NCBI GenBank assembly: GCA_963770565.1
Contig: CAVYQE010000001.1
Coordinates: 512,001 to 576,000, forward strand
DNA: 64,000 nt
Direction of reading: 5' to 3'
Source of the DNA: an uncultured Actinomycetota bacterium
GTDB lineage: Bacteria > Actinomycetota > Actinomycetes > JAFAQI01
Below the pieces are notes generated by a model that worked only from the letters and a program-made list of their open reading frames with translations, was not told the origin of the DNA and searched no databases. Positions 9,671 through 19,817 of this stretch are shown one piece after another. Numbering within the stretch: the first letter of the stretch is position 1; every line of letters starts with the position of its first letter. Both the position numbers and the translations under genes were made by a program.

Positions 9671-12077
9671 TCAGTGCCGGTGATGCCCGTGGTGATGGTG
9701 CCCATGCCCGCGGCGCAGCTTCGTCGGCTTGGTGGTCGGCGACACCGGTGGGCTCGACGGCGGCGGCGTCGGCGGTGAGGACGACGGCGGCGGCGAGCTC
9801 GGCGGCGGCGAGGGGCTCTTCGTCGGCTTGGGGGTGCCGTCGCTGAGGAAGACCTTGACCGAGGTGCCGATCGAAGCCTCCGAGCCGCCCGCCGGCGCGG
9901 TCCGCGCGACGGTGCCGGCCGGTTGGTTGCTGTGGACCGTCTTGGATTCGATGACCGGGCTGAACCCGGCTGCCGTGAGCGTGGCCTCGGCGTTGGCCGG
10001 GGTGTCACCGGTCACGTCCGGGACCTTGGTCAGGATCCCGATCTCGTAGAAGCTGTCCGGCCCGGAGAACGGCACGACCGGGTCACCCAGGAGGGCAGCG
10101 TTCAAGGTCGCCTGCCAGATCTTGCCGGCGATGGTCGCGCCGAAGACCTCGCCGTACGTCACTCCGCCGATGTTCAGCCCGTCGAGGGTCTTGTTCGGTT
10201 CGGCCGGGATGCCGGCCCAGACCGCGGAGGCGAGCTGCGGGGTGTAGCCGGCGAACCAGGACCCGTTGTAGTTGTCGACGGTGCCGGTCTTGGCCGCGGC
10301 CGGCCGGCCGGACAGCGCGTCCGTCGTCCCGGTCGCTCCCGGGATGGTCAGCACGCCTTCCAGGATCGACGTGACCGTGTTGGCCAGGCCCTGCGGCACG
10401 ACCTGCTGGCACTTCGACTTCGGCACCGGGTAGCTGTGCCCGGTGCGGTCGACGATGCTGGTGATGACGATCGGGCTGCAGTACTTGCCGTGCGCCGCCA
10501 TCGTCGCGTACGCCCCGGCGACATCGAGCGGGGTGAAGCCGTACTGCGCGCCGCCGCCGAGGACGAACGGGCCGATCTGCTCGGGCGGCTTGCCGGTGCC
10601 CTGCGTGACGCCCATCGCCTCGGCGAGCTTGACCGGCTCGCAGAGTCCGGTGCGCTCCTCGAGCTGGGCGAAGAACGTGTTGACCGAGAACCACGTGCCG
10701 GACTCGAGGTTGAACGTGCCGCTCTCACTGTCGCTCGCGTTGTGCACGGGCCACGGTGCGACCGGCTAGGCCGGCACAGTTGGTCAGGCCGTTGATCGTG
10801 ATCGACCCGGGCGCGTGGATCCTGGTCGAGAGCGGGATGCCCTCTTTCAATGCGGCCGTCAGCACGAAGAGCTTGAACGTCGACCCGGCGTGGAAGCCCG
10901 GGCTGCCACCCCACTTCTGGTCGACCGCGTAGTCGATGCTGTTCTCGCCCTTCTTCGGGTTGTTGCCGTACGGCGTACTGACCGCGAGCGCCTTCACCTC
11001 GCCGGTGCCGGGTTGGACTACTGCCTCCGCGGAGACGACATGGGAGGTCTTCTCGTGCGCGTGCACGTACTGGTGGATGCCGTTCTCGGCGGCCCTTTGC
11101 ACCTTCGGCGACAGCGTGGTCGTCACGGTTAGACCGCCGCGTTGCAGCATCGTCAGGCTCAGGCCGGGGGTGTGCTCGAACACGTGCTTCACGTAGTCGC
11201 AGAAATAGGCGTACCCGTGCTTCGAGGCGATGCAGTCCGCGGGCTGGTTGTGGATGTGCAGCTTGATCGGCTGGGCGACCGCCTGGTCGTACGTCGCCTG
11301 CGTGATCGAGTGGTACTTCAGCATCTGGCCGAGCACCGTGTCGCGGCGTTCGCGGGCGAGCTTCGGGTAGTAGCGCGGGTCGTAGGCCTCGGGTGACTGG
11401 ACCAGGCCGGCGAGCAGCGCGCTCTGGTCGAGGGTCAGCTTGGTGACCGGCTCGTTGAAGAAGTGCCGCGCGGCGGTCCCGATCCCGTAGGCGCCGTCGC
11501 CGAAGTAGGCGATGTTGAGGTAGTCGTCGAGGATCTGCGCCTTCGTCAGGACCTTCTCGAGCTCGATCGCATACCGCGCCTCTTTGAGCTTGCGCGCGAA
11601 GGTGTCTGCGATCGCGGCTTCGCGCTCCTTCTTGGTCCGAGCGTCCTCGATCAGGACGTTCTTCACGTATTGCTGGGTGAGGGTCGACCCGCCCTGGCTG
11701 ACCGACCCCGACGATCCGTTGTGCAGCAAGGCGCGAAGGGTGCCCTCGACGTCGAGGCCGGCGTGCTCGTAGAACCTGACGTCCTCGACGTCAATAAGTG
11801 CGGTCTGCATCTGTACCGGGATCTGCGAGAGCGGCACGATCACGCGGTCCTGGTCGTAGAACGTCGCAATCTTGGTTCCGTTGGCGGCCAACACTTTCGA
11901 CACCTGGGGCAGCGGGTTTCGCTTCAGGTCGGCCGGATACTTCTGGAAGTCGGTGACCGCAGTCCGGGCAGCGACCCCGGCGCCGCCGACGAACGGCAGC
12001 AGCATCCCGGCCATCAGGATGCCGGCGACGATGCTGACCGCGATCAGCACGCCGATGCTCTGCGTCACCCGCGCCAC
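9671..12077 (-). CDS. ponA: Class A penicillin-binding protein (transglycosylase/transpeptidase, PASTA), frameshift near 10770
   Basis: EDVRFYEH, QGGSTLTQQYVKN, GSTFK in ORF 10725-12077; SVN, KTG, PASTA and Pro/His tail in ORF 9671-10747; divergent from whiB4 like ponA2. Confidence 0.9.
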
Positions 12078-12237
12078 GTCATTAGCCTAGGTGGGTGCCG
12101 GATCCCCTGGGCCGATTGCCACACAACCGGACAAACTTGATCGGCCGAACGAGTGAAGTTCACCCTCATTTCGGACTACGAGAAAAGGGTGCCAACGGGT
12201 AGTGTTGCCCGTCCTGTCCGGTTCGTACTGTTACCAC

Positions 12238-12546
12238 ATGCCGTGGACACATGATTGGACCCTGCGCGCCGCCTGTCGACGCGTGGCGCCCGACGAGTTG
12301 TTCACCACCGGCGCGGCCCAACATCGGGCCAAAACCGTCTGTCGCGGCTGCCCGGTCCGCACCGAGTGCCTCGCCGACGCCCTCGACAATCGGGTCGAAT
12401 TCGGCGTCTGGGGTGGGCTGACCGAACGCGAACGCCGATCGCTGTTACGCCGTCGGCCCAACGTCGACTCGTGGCAGGCGCTGCTGTCCAGTGCGATGCA
12501 GGAGTTCGAGCGGTCCGCGCAGGTCGACGGCGCGGTCGCGGTCTGA
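12238..12546 (+). CDS. whiB4: WhiB4-like Fe-S transcriptional regulator
   Basis: C...CRGCPVRTEC, FGVWGGLTERERR; synteny with ponA and the ArsA pair; TACTGT -10 before the ATG. Confidence 0.92.
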   Translation: MPWTHDWTLRAACRRVAPDELFTTGAAQHRAKTVCRGCPVRTECLADALDNRVEFGVWGGLTERERRSLLRRRPNVDSWQALLSSAMQEFERSAQVDGAVAV

Positions 12547-12579
12547 CTCGACCGTCGTCCTCGCTTGCCCCTGATCCGG

Positions 12580-13746
12580 CTACTTGGCCGCCACCCGCGG
12601 GGCTGACGCTTCGGGTCCGTTCGACAGTTCGATGCCGATCTCGCGCAGACCGTCCAGATCATGGACATCCCCGGCCTGCGCCGCCACCGCGACCATGCGG
12701 ACGCTCGGGTACGCCGAGTGGAACTGCGCCGCCCGCCGGGCATCGCGCGCCGAGGTCGCCAGCCGTTCGGCGTGCACCCGCAGCACCGCGGCGGCCAGCG
12801 GCTCGTCGCCGGTCTCGTCGAGCGCCTCCGCCGCGGCGAGCGAGCGCTCGACCGACAACGCGGGTGCGGCGCTCGAGTGCACCCGGTTCAGGACCAGCCC
12901 GGCGAGCGGCATCCGATCGGTCTCGAGCCGCTCGACGAAGTACGCCGCTTCGCGCAAGGCGTCGCGTTCGGGCACTGCGACGACGATGAACGACGTACCG
13001 GCCTCTTTGAGCAGCTGGTAGGTCCGGTCAGCCCGCTCGCGGAAGCCGCCGAACATCGACTCGAGCGACGACACGAACAGGCTCAGGTCGCGCAGGGTCT
13101 GGCCCCCGAGGATTCGGTTGAGGACGTCGGTGAAGACCTTCAGGCCGATCGTGAAGACCTTGAGGTAGGCCCGGCCACCGACCCGTGCCGGCGCGGTCAG
13201 CATCCGGATCATCCGGCCGTCGAGGAACCGGCCGAGCCGCTGCGGGGCGTCGAGGAAGTCCAGCGCCGAGCGGCTCGGCGGGGTGTCGACGACGATGAGA
13301 TCCCAGCGGGCTTCCGCCTTGAGCTGGCCGAGCTTCTCCATCGCCATGTATTCCTGCGTGCCGGCAAAGCTCGACGACAGCGACACGTAGAACGGGTTGG
13401 CCAGGATCGCCTTGGCCCGGCCGGGTTCGGCGTGCGTGATGACGATGTCGTCGAACGTCCGCTTCATGTCGAGCATCATCGCGTCGAGCCGGCCACCCGC
13501 CGCGGTGTCGATTCCCTTGACCTCGCGCGGGGTGTTGTCGAGCTCGGTGAGCCCGATCGACTGGGCGAGCCGCCGGGCCGGGTCGATCGTGAGGACGCAC
13601 ACGTTGCGCCCGCGCTCCGCCGCGCGAAGTGCCAGGGCGGCGGCGGTGGTGGTCTTGCCGACGCCGCCGGCACCGCAGCACACGATGATCTCGGCGCGGT
13701 CGAGCAGCCGATCGACGTCGAAATCCTTCGTGGCGGCCACGGTCAC
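12580..13746 (-). CDS. ArsA/Get3-family ATPase (Rv3680-like)
   Basis: CCGAGGVGKTT, TIDPARRLAQS, VVDTPPSRSALDFL. Confidence 0.92.
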   Translation of the reverse strand: MTVAATKDFDVDRLLDRAEIIVCCGAGGVGKTTTAAALALRAAERGRNVCVLTIDPARRLAQSIGLTELDNTPREVKGIDTAAGGRLDAMMLDMKRTFDDIVITHAEPGRAKAILANPFYVSLSSSFAGTQEYMAMEKLGQLKAEARWDLIVVDTPPSRSALDFLDAPQRLGRFLDGRMIRMLTAPARVGGRAYLKVFTIGLKVFTDVLNRILGGQTLRDLSLFVSSLESMFGGFRERADRTYQLLKEAGTSFIVVAVPERDALREAAYFVERLETDRMPLAGLVLNRVHSSAAPALSVERSLAAAEALDETGDEPLAAAVLRVHAERLATSARDARRAAQFHSAYPSVRMVAVAAQAGDVHDLDGLREIGIELSNGPEASAPRVAAK

Positions 13747-14723
13747 ACCATCCCGACGTCGTGCAAGCGGGTGGCGAGCTCCTGCAGGCCGCCGAGCTCG
13801 GTGGCGTCCGCGATCATCGGAAGCTCGTACGTCGGGCGCTCGAGGGCCTCGAGGACGGCTCGCTCTTGCTGCTCCAGCATGACCCGGCCGGCATGATCGG
13901 CCGCCTCCGCGGTCAAGGCCGCAACGGTGGCCGGGTCTGGGTCGAGCCCGGCCGCCTTGAGGCCGCGGGAAACCTCGGCGCGGTCCAATCGGCCGGTGGC
14001 GGCCTCCTCGAGCCGACCCGGCGGCAGCAGCGGGCCCCGGACCATGTTCACGATCACTGCACCGACCGGGAGTCCGGCCTCCCGTAGCCCGGCGACGCCG
14101 TCGGTGGTCTCCTGGACCGGCATCTCCTCGAGGACGGTCACGATGTGGACCGCGGTCTTGGGCGACTGAATCAGTCGCATGACACTTTCGGCCTGGTTGC
14201 GCACAGGACCCATCCGGGCCAGCGCGGCGACCTCGGTGTTGACGTTCAGGAAGCGGGCGATCCGGCCGGTCGGTGGTGCGTCGAGCACCACCGCGTCGTA
14301 CAGCCGGCCCCCGCCACGCCGCTCGCGGGTCGCGGCTTCCATCACCTTGCCGGTCACCAGGACGTCGCGCATTCCCGGCGCGATCGTGGTCGCAAAGTCG
14401 ATCGCGCCGATCTTCTTCAGCATCGATCCGGCCCGGCGCAGGTTGTAGAAGCGCTCGAGATATTCGATCAATGCCAGCTCGGGGTCGATGGCGAGTGCGT
14501 ACACCTCCCCGCCGCCGCGGGCGACCGCGACCCGGCGTTCCTCGTACGGCAGCGGCGGCGTGTCGAAGAGCTGGGCGATGCCCTGCCGGGCCTCGACCTC
14601 GGTGAGGAGCACCTGTCGCCCACCGGCAGCGAGCGCGAGGGCGAGCGAGGCCGCGACCGTGGTCTTGCCGGTGCCGCCCTTCCCGCTCACCACGTGCAGC
14701 TTGACCGCGGGGAAGTCGCTCAC
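13743..14723 (-). CDS. ArsA/Get3-family ATPase (Rv3679-like)
   Basis: SGKGGTGKTT, LDAPPTGR. Confidence 0.92.
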   Translation of the reverse strand: MSDFPAVKLHVVSGKGGTGKTTVAASLALALAAGGRQVLLTEVEARQGIAQLFDTPPLPYEERRVAVARGGGEVYALAIDPELALIEYLERFYNLRRAGSMLKKIGAIDFATTIAPGMRDVLVTGKVMEAATRERRGGGRLYDAVVLDAPPTGRIARFLNVNTEVAALARMGPVRNQAESVMRLIQSPKTAVHIVTVLEEMPVQETTDGVAGLREAGLPVGAVIVNMVRGPLLPPGRLEEAATGRLDRAEVSRGLKAAGLDPDPATVAALTAEAADHAGRVMLEQQERAVLEALERPTYELPMIADATELGGLQELATRLHDVGMV

Positions 14724-14736
14724 GCATCGAGGGTAG

Positions 14737-14817
14737 AAGCAATGTCACATTGCCCCGCGCTTCGCGGGGGCAATGTGAGGTTCCCCCGGGGTTTGGCTGG
14801 GCAATGTGACATTGCTT
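14737..14817. repeat. Palindromic element with perfect 19-bp terminal inverted repeat
   Basis: aagcaatgtcacattgccc (14737-14755) / gggcaatgtgacattgctt (14799-14817); partial third copy at 14768. Confidence 0.8.
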
Positions 14818-14863
14818 GGTACGGGGGTGGGGGGTCGATTGGGGTGGGTCGTACGCTCGGGCC

Positions 14864-15022
14864 GTGCAGAAATGGGAGTACGTGACAGTTCCGCTGCTCG
14901 TCCACGCGACGAAGCAGATCCTCGACACCTGGGGCATCGACGGCTGGGAGCTGATCCAGGTCGTCCCGGCGCCGGGCGGCGGCGATCAGCTGGTCGCCTA
15001 CATGAAGCGGCCGTTGCCGTGA
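14864..15022 (+). CDS. DUF4177 small protein (Rv3678A-like)
   Basis: MQKWEYVTVPLLVHATKQILDTWGIDGWELIQV...YMKRP. Confidence 0.9.
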   Translation: MQKWEYVTVPLLVHATKQILDTWGIDGWELIQVVPAPGGGDQLVAYMKRPLP

Positions 15023-15077
15023 ACGCAGGCGCGTCGCGGTACGCCGGGCCGGGCGCGGCCATGGACGGGCGGGCGCC

Positions 15078-15554
15078 ATGACCGGGGCGGAGGCTCGACT
15101 CGCCGAGCTCGGGGTGGCGCTGCCGGCGGTCACCCGGCCGGTCGCGTCGTACATTCCGGCCAACCGGATCGGCGACCTGGTCTGGGTGTCCGGACAGTTG
15201 CCGATGGTCGACGGGCAGCTCGCCGCGACCGGAAAGGTCGGTGTCGAGGTGGAGCCCGAAACGGCCGCCGACCTGGCGCGGACCTGCGCGATCAACGCGC
15301 TCGCCGCCATCAAGTCGGTGACCGGCGACCTCGACGCGGTCGTGCGGGTCGTGAAGGTGGTCGGCTTCGTGGCGAGTGCGCCGTCGTTCACCGGTCAGCC
15401 GGCCGTGATCAACGGGGCGAGCAACCTGCTGACCGATGTCTTCGGGGACGCCGGCAAGCATGCGCGCAGCGCGGTCGGGGTCGCTGCGCTGCCGCTCGAT
15501 GCGCCGGTCGAGGTCGAACTGGTCGTGCAGGTGCGTTCCGACCTGGCCTTCTAG
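15078..15554 (+). CDS. RidA/YjgF family protein
   Basis: VSGQLP, VINGASNLL, HARSAVGVAALPLDAPVEVE. Confidence 0.93.
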   Translation: MTGAEARLAELGVALPAVTRPVASYIPANRIGDLVWVSGQLPMVDGQLAATGKVGVEVEPETAADLARTCAINALAAIKSVTGDLDAVVRVVKVVGFVASAPSFTGQPAVINGASNLLTDVFGDAGKHARSAVGVAALPLDAPVEVELVVQVRSDLAF

Positions 15555-15567
15555 AGGCGTCGGGGCC

Positions 15568-16434
15568 GTGGTCGACGACGCAACCGCGAGCCTGTTTTCG
15601 GGGCTGGTCGACGCGGTGAAGCGACTCGCCAGCGGCGAGGTGACCGCGGCCGAGCCGCGGTCGGCCGCAACCGTGGTTCTGCTCCGCGACCGGACCGGTG
15701 GCCCCGAGGTCTATGTGCTCCGGCGCAAACCGACGATGGCCTTCGCGGCCGGCTTCTTCGTCTTCCCCGGCGGGTCGGTCGATCCCCGCGACGAGAGCCT
15801 CCCCGACCACGCCTGGGTCGGACCGCCGCCGGCCACCTGGGCAGCGACCTTGGCCTGCGACGAGCCACAGGCGCGGGCGCTGGTCTGCGCCGCGGTTCGC
15901 GAGACCTTCGAGGAGTCCGGCGTCATGCTTGCCGGGGAGAGCGCGGATCAGGTGGTCGCCGACACCAGCGGCGACGATTGGGAGGCCGATCGGGTCGCGT
16001 TGCTCGACCGGTCGCTGTCGCTGGCCGAGTTGCTGGAACGACGCGGCCTCGTGCTCAGGGCGGACCTGCTCAGGCTGTGGTCGCACTGGATCACCCCGGA
16101 GGTCGAGCCCAAGCGGTTCGACACCCGGTTCTTCGTCGCGGTGATGCCGGCCGGTCAGCACACCCGCGACGTGGGCGGCGAGGCGGATCGGGTGACCTGG
16201 CTGACCGCGCCGGAAGCCCTGGCCGCGAACATTGCCGGCGAAATGGCGATGTTGCCGCCCACGCTGGCGGCGCTCGGCGATCTCGCGGCGTACCCATCGT
16301 CAGTCGCGGTCATGACGGCGGCCGACGCCCGGGTGGTCGAGCCGGTGATGCCCAAGCTGGTGCTCGACGACAACGACCGGGTCCGCTTCCTGCTACCCGG
16401 CGACCCGGACTATCCGGCCGGAGCGACGCCGTGA
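15568..16434 (+). CDS. NUDIX hydrolase
   Basis: VFPGGSVD...AAVRETFEESGV, HWITP...RFDTRFF. Confidence 0.9.
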   Translation: MVDDATASLFSGLVDAVKRLASGEVTAAEPRSAATVVLLRDRTGGPEVYVLRRKPTMAFAAGFFVFPGGSVDPRDESLPDHAWVGPPPATWAATLACDEPQARALVCAAVRETFEESGVMLAGESADQVVADTSGDDWEADRVALLDRSLSLAELLERRGLVLRADLLRLWSHWITPEVEPKRFDTRFFVAVMPAGQHTRDVGGEADRVTWLTAPEALAANIAGEMAMLPPTLAALGDLAAYPSSVAVMTAADARVVEPVMPKLVLDDNDRVRFLLPGDPDYPAGATP

Positions 16435-17204
16435 GCGGGCTCGAGCCGGTTACCCGGCTGGCCGCCCGGATGCTGGCGCCCAACCCCGGCCCGATGACCC
16501 TGGACGGCACCAACACCTGGGTGCTCCGCGAGCCCGACGGCGAGAGCTGTGTCGTCGTCGATCCCGGTCCGCTCGACCATGGCCACGTCGATGAGGTCGC
16601 CGCACTGGGCCCGATCGACCTGGTCGTCCTGACGCACGGTCATTTCGACCACAGCGAGTCGGCGCCCCGGCTGCACGAGCTGACCGGAGCACCGGTCACT
16701 GCCCGCGACCCCGGGCTGTGCATCGGTGCCGAGCCGTTGTCGGACGCGACCGGCCGGACCTCGGTCGCCGGTCTCGACTGGCTGACGATCATCACGCCCG
16801 GGCACAGCAGCGACTCGATCTGCTTGTTGCTCGAGCCCGATGCCGCGCTGCTCACCGGTGACACCGTGCTCGGGCGGGGCACTGCGGTCGTCGCGCACCC
16901 TGACGGCCGACTCGGCGACTACCTCGACTCGCTGCAGCGGCTGCGCGACCTCGCGGCGAGCGAGGTGTCGGTCGTCCTGCCGGGCCATGGCCCGGTGGTG
17001 AGCCAACCGTTGCAGGTGCTCGACTACTACCTCGCGCATCGCCAGGAACGTCTCGACCAGGTCCGGGCTGCGCTCGCCGCCGGTGACGAGACGCCGGCCG
17101 CGATCGTCCGGCGGGTCTATGCCGACGTCGACGAGGTTCTGTGGCCGGCGGCGGAGCAGTCGGTGCGCGCGCAGCTCGACTACCTCCGCGAGGCTGCGGG
17201 CTGA
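16431..17204 (+). CDS. MBL-fold metallo-hydrolase
   Basis: APNPGPMTLDGTNTW, THGHFDH, TPGH, TGD, PGHG. Confidence 0.92.
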   Translation: MSGLEPVTRLAARMLAPNPGPMTLDGTNTWVLREPDGESCVVVDPGPLDHGHVDEVAALGPIDLVVLTHGHFDHSESAPRLHELTGAPVTARDPGLCIGAEPLSDATGRTSVAGLDWLTIITPGHSSDSICLLLEPDAALLTGDTVLGRGTAVVAHPDGRLGDYLDSLQRLRDLAASEVSVVLPGHGPVVSQPLQVLDYYLAHRQERLDQVRAALAAGDETPAAIVRRVYADVDEVLWPAAEQSVRAQLDYLREAAG

Positions 17205-17213
17205 CCGTCGCGG

Positions 17214-17888
17214 CTAGTGCGCCCGGCGGGCGAGCCGATCCGGGTCGAGCAGCAACACGCTGCGCCCGTCGATCTGCAGCCAGCCCCGATGCGCGAACTC
17301 CGACAAGGCCTTGTTGACGGTCTCGCGGCTCGCGCCGACCAGCTGCGCGAGCTCTTCCTGGGTCAGGTCGTGCCGCACCCTCGTCGCGCCGTCCTCGGCC
17401 ACGCCGAACTTCGCCGACAGGTCGAGGAGCGCTTTCGCGACCCGGCCGGGCACGTCGGTGAACACCAGGTCGGCCATCGCTTCGTTGGTACGGCGCAGCC
17501 GTTGCGCGAGCGCCTTCAACAACTGGACGGCGACCCCGGGCCGCTCGAACAACAGCGGTCGGAGGTCGTCGTGATCGAGTGAGGCCAGCGTCGAGGACGT
17601 GACGGTGATCGCGCTCGCGGTCCGTGGCCGCGGGTCGAACAGCGAAAGCTCGCCGAACATCTCCCCGGCCCCGAGCAGGGCGAGCAGGTTCTCCCGGCCA
17701 TCCGGTGCGGCTCGCGAGATCTTGACCTTGCCGTCGAGGATCACGAACAGGCGGTCGCCCGGGTCGCCCTCGGCGAACACGACGTGCCCGCGTGGCACCT
17801 TGCGGGTGGTCATCGTGGCTTCGAGGCTGACCGCCGACTCGGCATCGAGCGCCGCGAACAACGGCACGCCGGCGAGCAGCCCTTCCAC
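17214..17888 (-). CDS. crp: Crp/Fnr family regulator (cAMP receptor protein)
   Basis: FGELSLFDPRPRTASA cNMP domain, TQEELAQLVGASRETVNKAL HTH. Confidence 0.95.
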   Translation of the reverse strand: MEGLLAGVPLFAALDAESAVSLEATMTTRKVPRGHVVFAEGDPGDRLFVILDGKVKISRAAPDGRENLLALLGAGEMFGELSLFDPRPRTASAITVTSSTLASLDHDDLRPLLFERPGVAVQLLKALAQRLRRTNEAMADLVFTDVPGRVAKALLDLSAKFGVAEDGATRVRHDLTQEELAQLVGASRETVNKALSEFAHRGWLQIDGRSVLLLDPDRLARRAH

Positions 17889-17989
17889 CGTTGACCTCCA
17901 CGATTCGCGACCGACTCGCGTCGAGTCTGCCCCACTTGTCGCGATCCGTGCGAGCCCGACGTCATGGGCCGGCAAAGCCGCCACCGACG

Positions 17990-18430
17990 CTATCCGCCGA
18001 TCGGGCCGAGGCTGACCGTGCCGTCGGGCGCCTCCGACCAGCCGGGGTTGGTCGCGATCTCCCACCGGAAGCCGCTCGGGTCGGCGAAGTAGCCGTGGAA
18101 GCCGCCGAAGTCGGCGCACTGGGCCGGCTTCAGGATCGTCGCACCGGCCGTCTCGGCCGCGGCGAGGGTGGCGACGACCTCGTCCTCGGTCTGCAGCACC
18201 TGGGCGAATGTGATCGGCGCCGGACCGACCCCGTGGCCGGGCTGGCCGATATCGGCGTCGAGGTCGTCTGACCCGAACAGTCCGAGCAACAGGCCTGGCC
18301 CGACTTGGATGAAGGTGATCACGCCCGGCACCTCGAAGGTGGGTGACCAGCCGAGCCCGTCGACGTAGAACGCCCGAGCCTGGGCGACGTCGGGCACGCC
18401 GAGGGTGATCAGTTGCACACGTGGTTGCAT
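17990..18430 (-). CDS. VOC/glyoxalase family protein
   Basis: ITLGVPDVAQARAFY...GYFADPSGFRWEIA. Confidence 0.9.
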   Translation of the reverse strand: MQPRVQLITLGVPDVAQARAFYVDGLGWSPTFEVPGVITFIQVGPGLLLGLFGSDDLDADIGQPGHGVGPAPITFAQVLQTEDEVVATLAAAETAGATILKPAQCADFGGFHGYFADPSGFRWEIATNPGWSEAPDGTVSLGPIGG

Positions 18431-18464
18431 CGCTCGATCGTGCCAGCCCGGGCCGACAGGATCG

Positions 18465-18992
18465 CTACTGCGAGGCCGCCTTGGGTGTGGACGGCGACGG
18501 CAGGACGGTCAGGCACAGGTCCGGGTGCTCGCGATAGCGCGCGATCAACTCGCTGGTGGCACTCGACAGCCGGCGATGTAGTGCCGACCGGTACGCCGAC
18601 AACTGGACCTCCGCCGCGGACAGGTCGCGGATCAGCGAGGCGTTATGCCCGGTGTCGTCGATCTTCGGCTGGCGCGACCACAACCCGGCGAGATCCGGCA
18701 GCGGCGGCATGTCGTCGACCGGCAGGATCGTGATCAACGCGCTGCGGTTCCCGGTCAGCCGCTCCTCGGAGAACATCGAGCGCAGGTCCTCGACGCTGGC
18801 CGCCGTACCGGTGTCTGCGGCCCGCACGAGGTCGAGGCGGGCCTGGATGATGCGACGCCAGTAGGAGACCCGGCCCTCTTCGCTGCTCAAGGTCGCGCGG
18901 TAGTGGCGGAGTCCGTCCAGCGAAAGGTGGTCGAAGTCCGCGCTGCGCTCCGGCGGCGCTTGAAGTCGGTCCGCTGTGGGCCGGTTCGGCAT
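18465..18992 (-). CDS. rsiG: RsiG/AmfC-like coiled-coil anti-sigma factor (c-di-GMP binding)
   Basis: E-GRV-S-YW-R-RII-Q-ARL-D matches E(x3)S(x2)R(x3)Q(x3)D; second degenerate copy; ELIARY tail. Confidence 0.75.
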   Translation of the reverse strand: MPNRPTADRLQAPPERSADFDHLSLDGLRHYRATLSSEEGRVSYWRRIIQARLDLVRAADTGTAASVEDLRSMFSEERLTGNRSALITILPVDDMPPLPDLAGLWSRQPKIDDTGHNASLIRDLSAAEVQLSAYRSALHRRLSSATSELIARYREHPDLCLTVLPSPSTPKAASQ

Positions 18993-19018
18993 CGTCACTC
19001 TCCGCAACTGTTATCGCG

Positions 19019-19047
19019 GCATCGGCGGACAAACGGGGGTGCTTGAG
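19019..19047 (-). promoter_or_regulatory. Putative sigma28/WhiG-type promoter for the rsiG-like gene
   Basis: CTCAAG-N15-GCCGATGC on the minus strand about 30 nt before the start. Confidence 0.5.
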
Positions 19048-19100
19048 GCATCCGGACCGCGCGTCACCCCTACGGACTACCCACCCGTAGGCTGAATGAT

Positions 19101-19817
19101 GTGTCCGAATCCGAAACTCATACGGCGTTGGTACGCCGGGCGAGACGGATCGACCGGATCCTCACCCAGACCTATCCGGACGCTCACTGCGAGCTTGATT
19201 TCACCTCTCCGTTGCAGTTGCTGGTCGCCACCATCCTTTCGGCGCAGTGCACCGACAAGAAGGTGAACGAGGTCACACCAGCGGTGTTCCGGCGCTACCC
19301 GGATGCCGCGGCCTACGCCGCCGCGGATCGCGCCGAGATGGAGGACATGCTCCGCCCGACCGGGTTCTTCCGGGCGAAGACCAACAGCCTGATCACGCTC
19401 GGGCAGGCGCTCACCGAGCGGTACGGCGGCGAGGTGCCTGGTCGCCTCGATGACCTCGTGACGCTGCCGGGTGTCGGCCGCAAGACCGCGAACGTCGTGC
19501 TCGGCAACGCGTTCGGCGTCCCTGGCATCACCGTCGACACCCACTTCGGGCGGCTGTCGCGGCGGTTCGGCTGGACCACCGAGGACGACCCGGTCAAGGT
19601 CGAACACGAGGTTGGCGCACTGTTCGAGAAGAAGGACTGGACCGGGCTGTCGCACCGCTTGATCTGGCACGGCCGCCGGATCTGTCACTCGAGAAAGCCG
19701 GCGTGCGGCGCGTGCCCGGTGGCGACGCTGTGCCCGTCGTACGGCGTCGGGCCGACCGACCCGGTCGAGGCCGCGAAGCTGCTGAAGCCCGCGTCACAGA
19801 TGGCGGCCGCACCGTGA
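19101..19817 (+). CDS. nth: Endonuclease III
   Basis: [21 protein letters not shown] HhH, C-x6-C-x2-C-x5-C Fe-S motif. Confidence 0.96.
   Translation: MSESETHTALVRRARRIDRILTQTYPDAHCELDFTSPLQLLVATILSAQCTDKKVNEVTPAVFRRYPDAAAYAAADRAEMEDMLRPTGFFRAKTNSLITLGQALTERYGGEVPGRLDDLVTLPGVGRKTANVVLGNAFGVPGITVDTHFGRLSRRFGWTTEDDPVKVEHEVGALFEKKDWTGLSHRLIWHGRRICHSRKPACGACPVATLCPSYGVGPTDPVEAAKLLKPASQMAAAP

Noticed and set aside
14745-14810. CRP site in the palindrome element
   Set aside because: TGTGA/TCACA half-sites are present but not in the TGTGA-N6-TCACA arrangement
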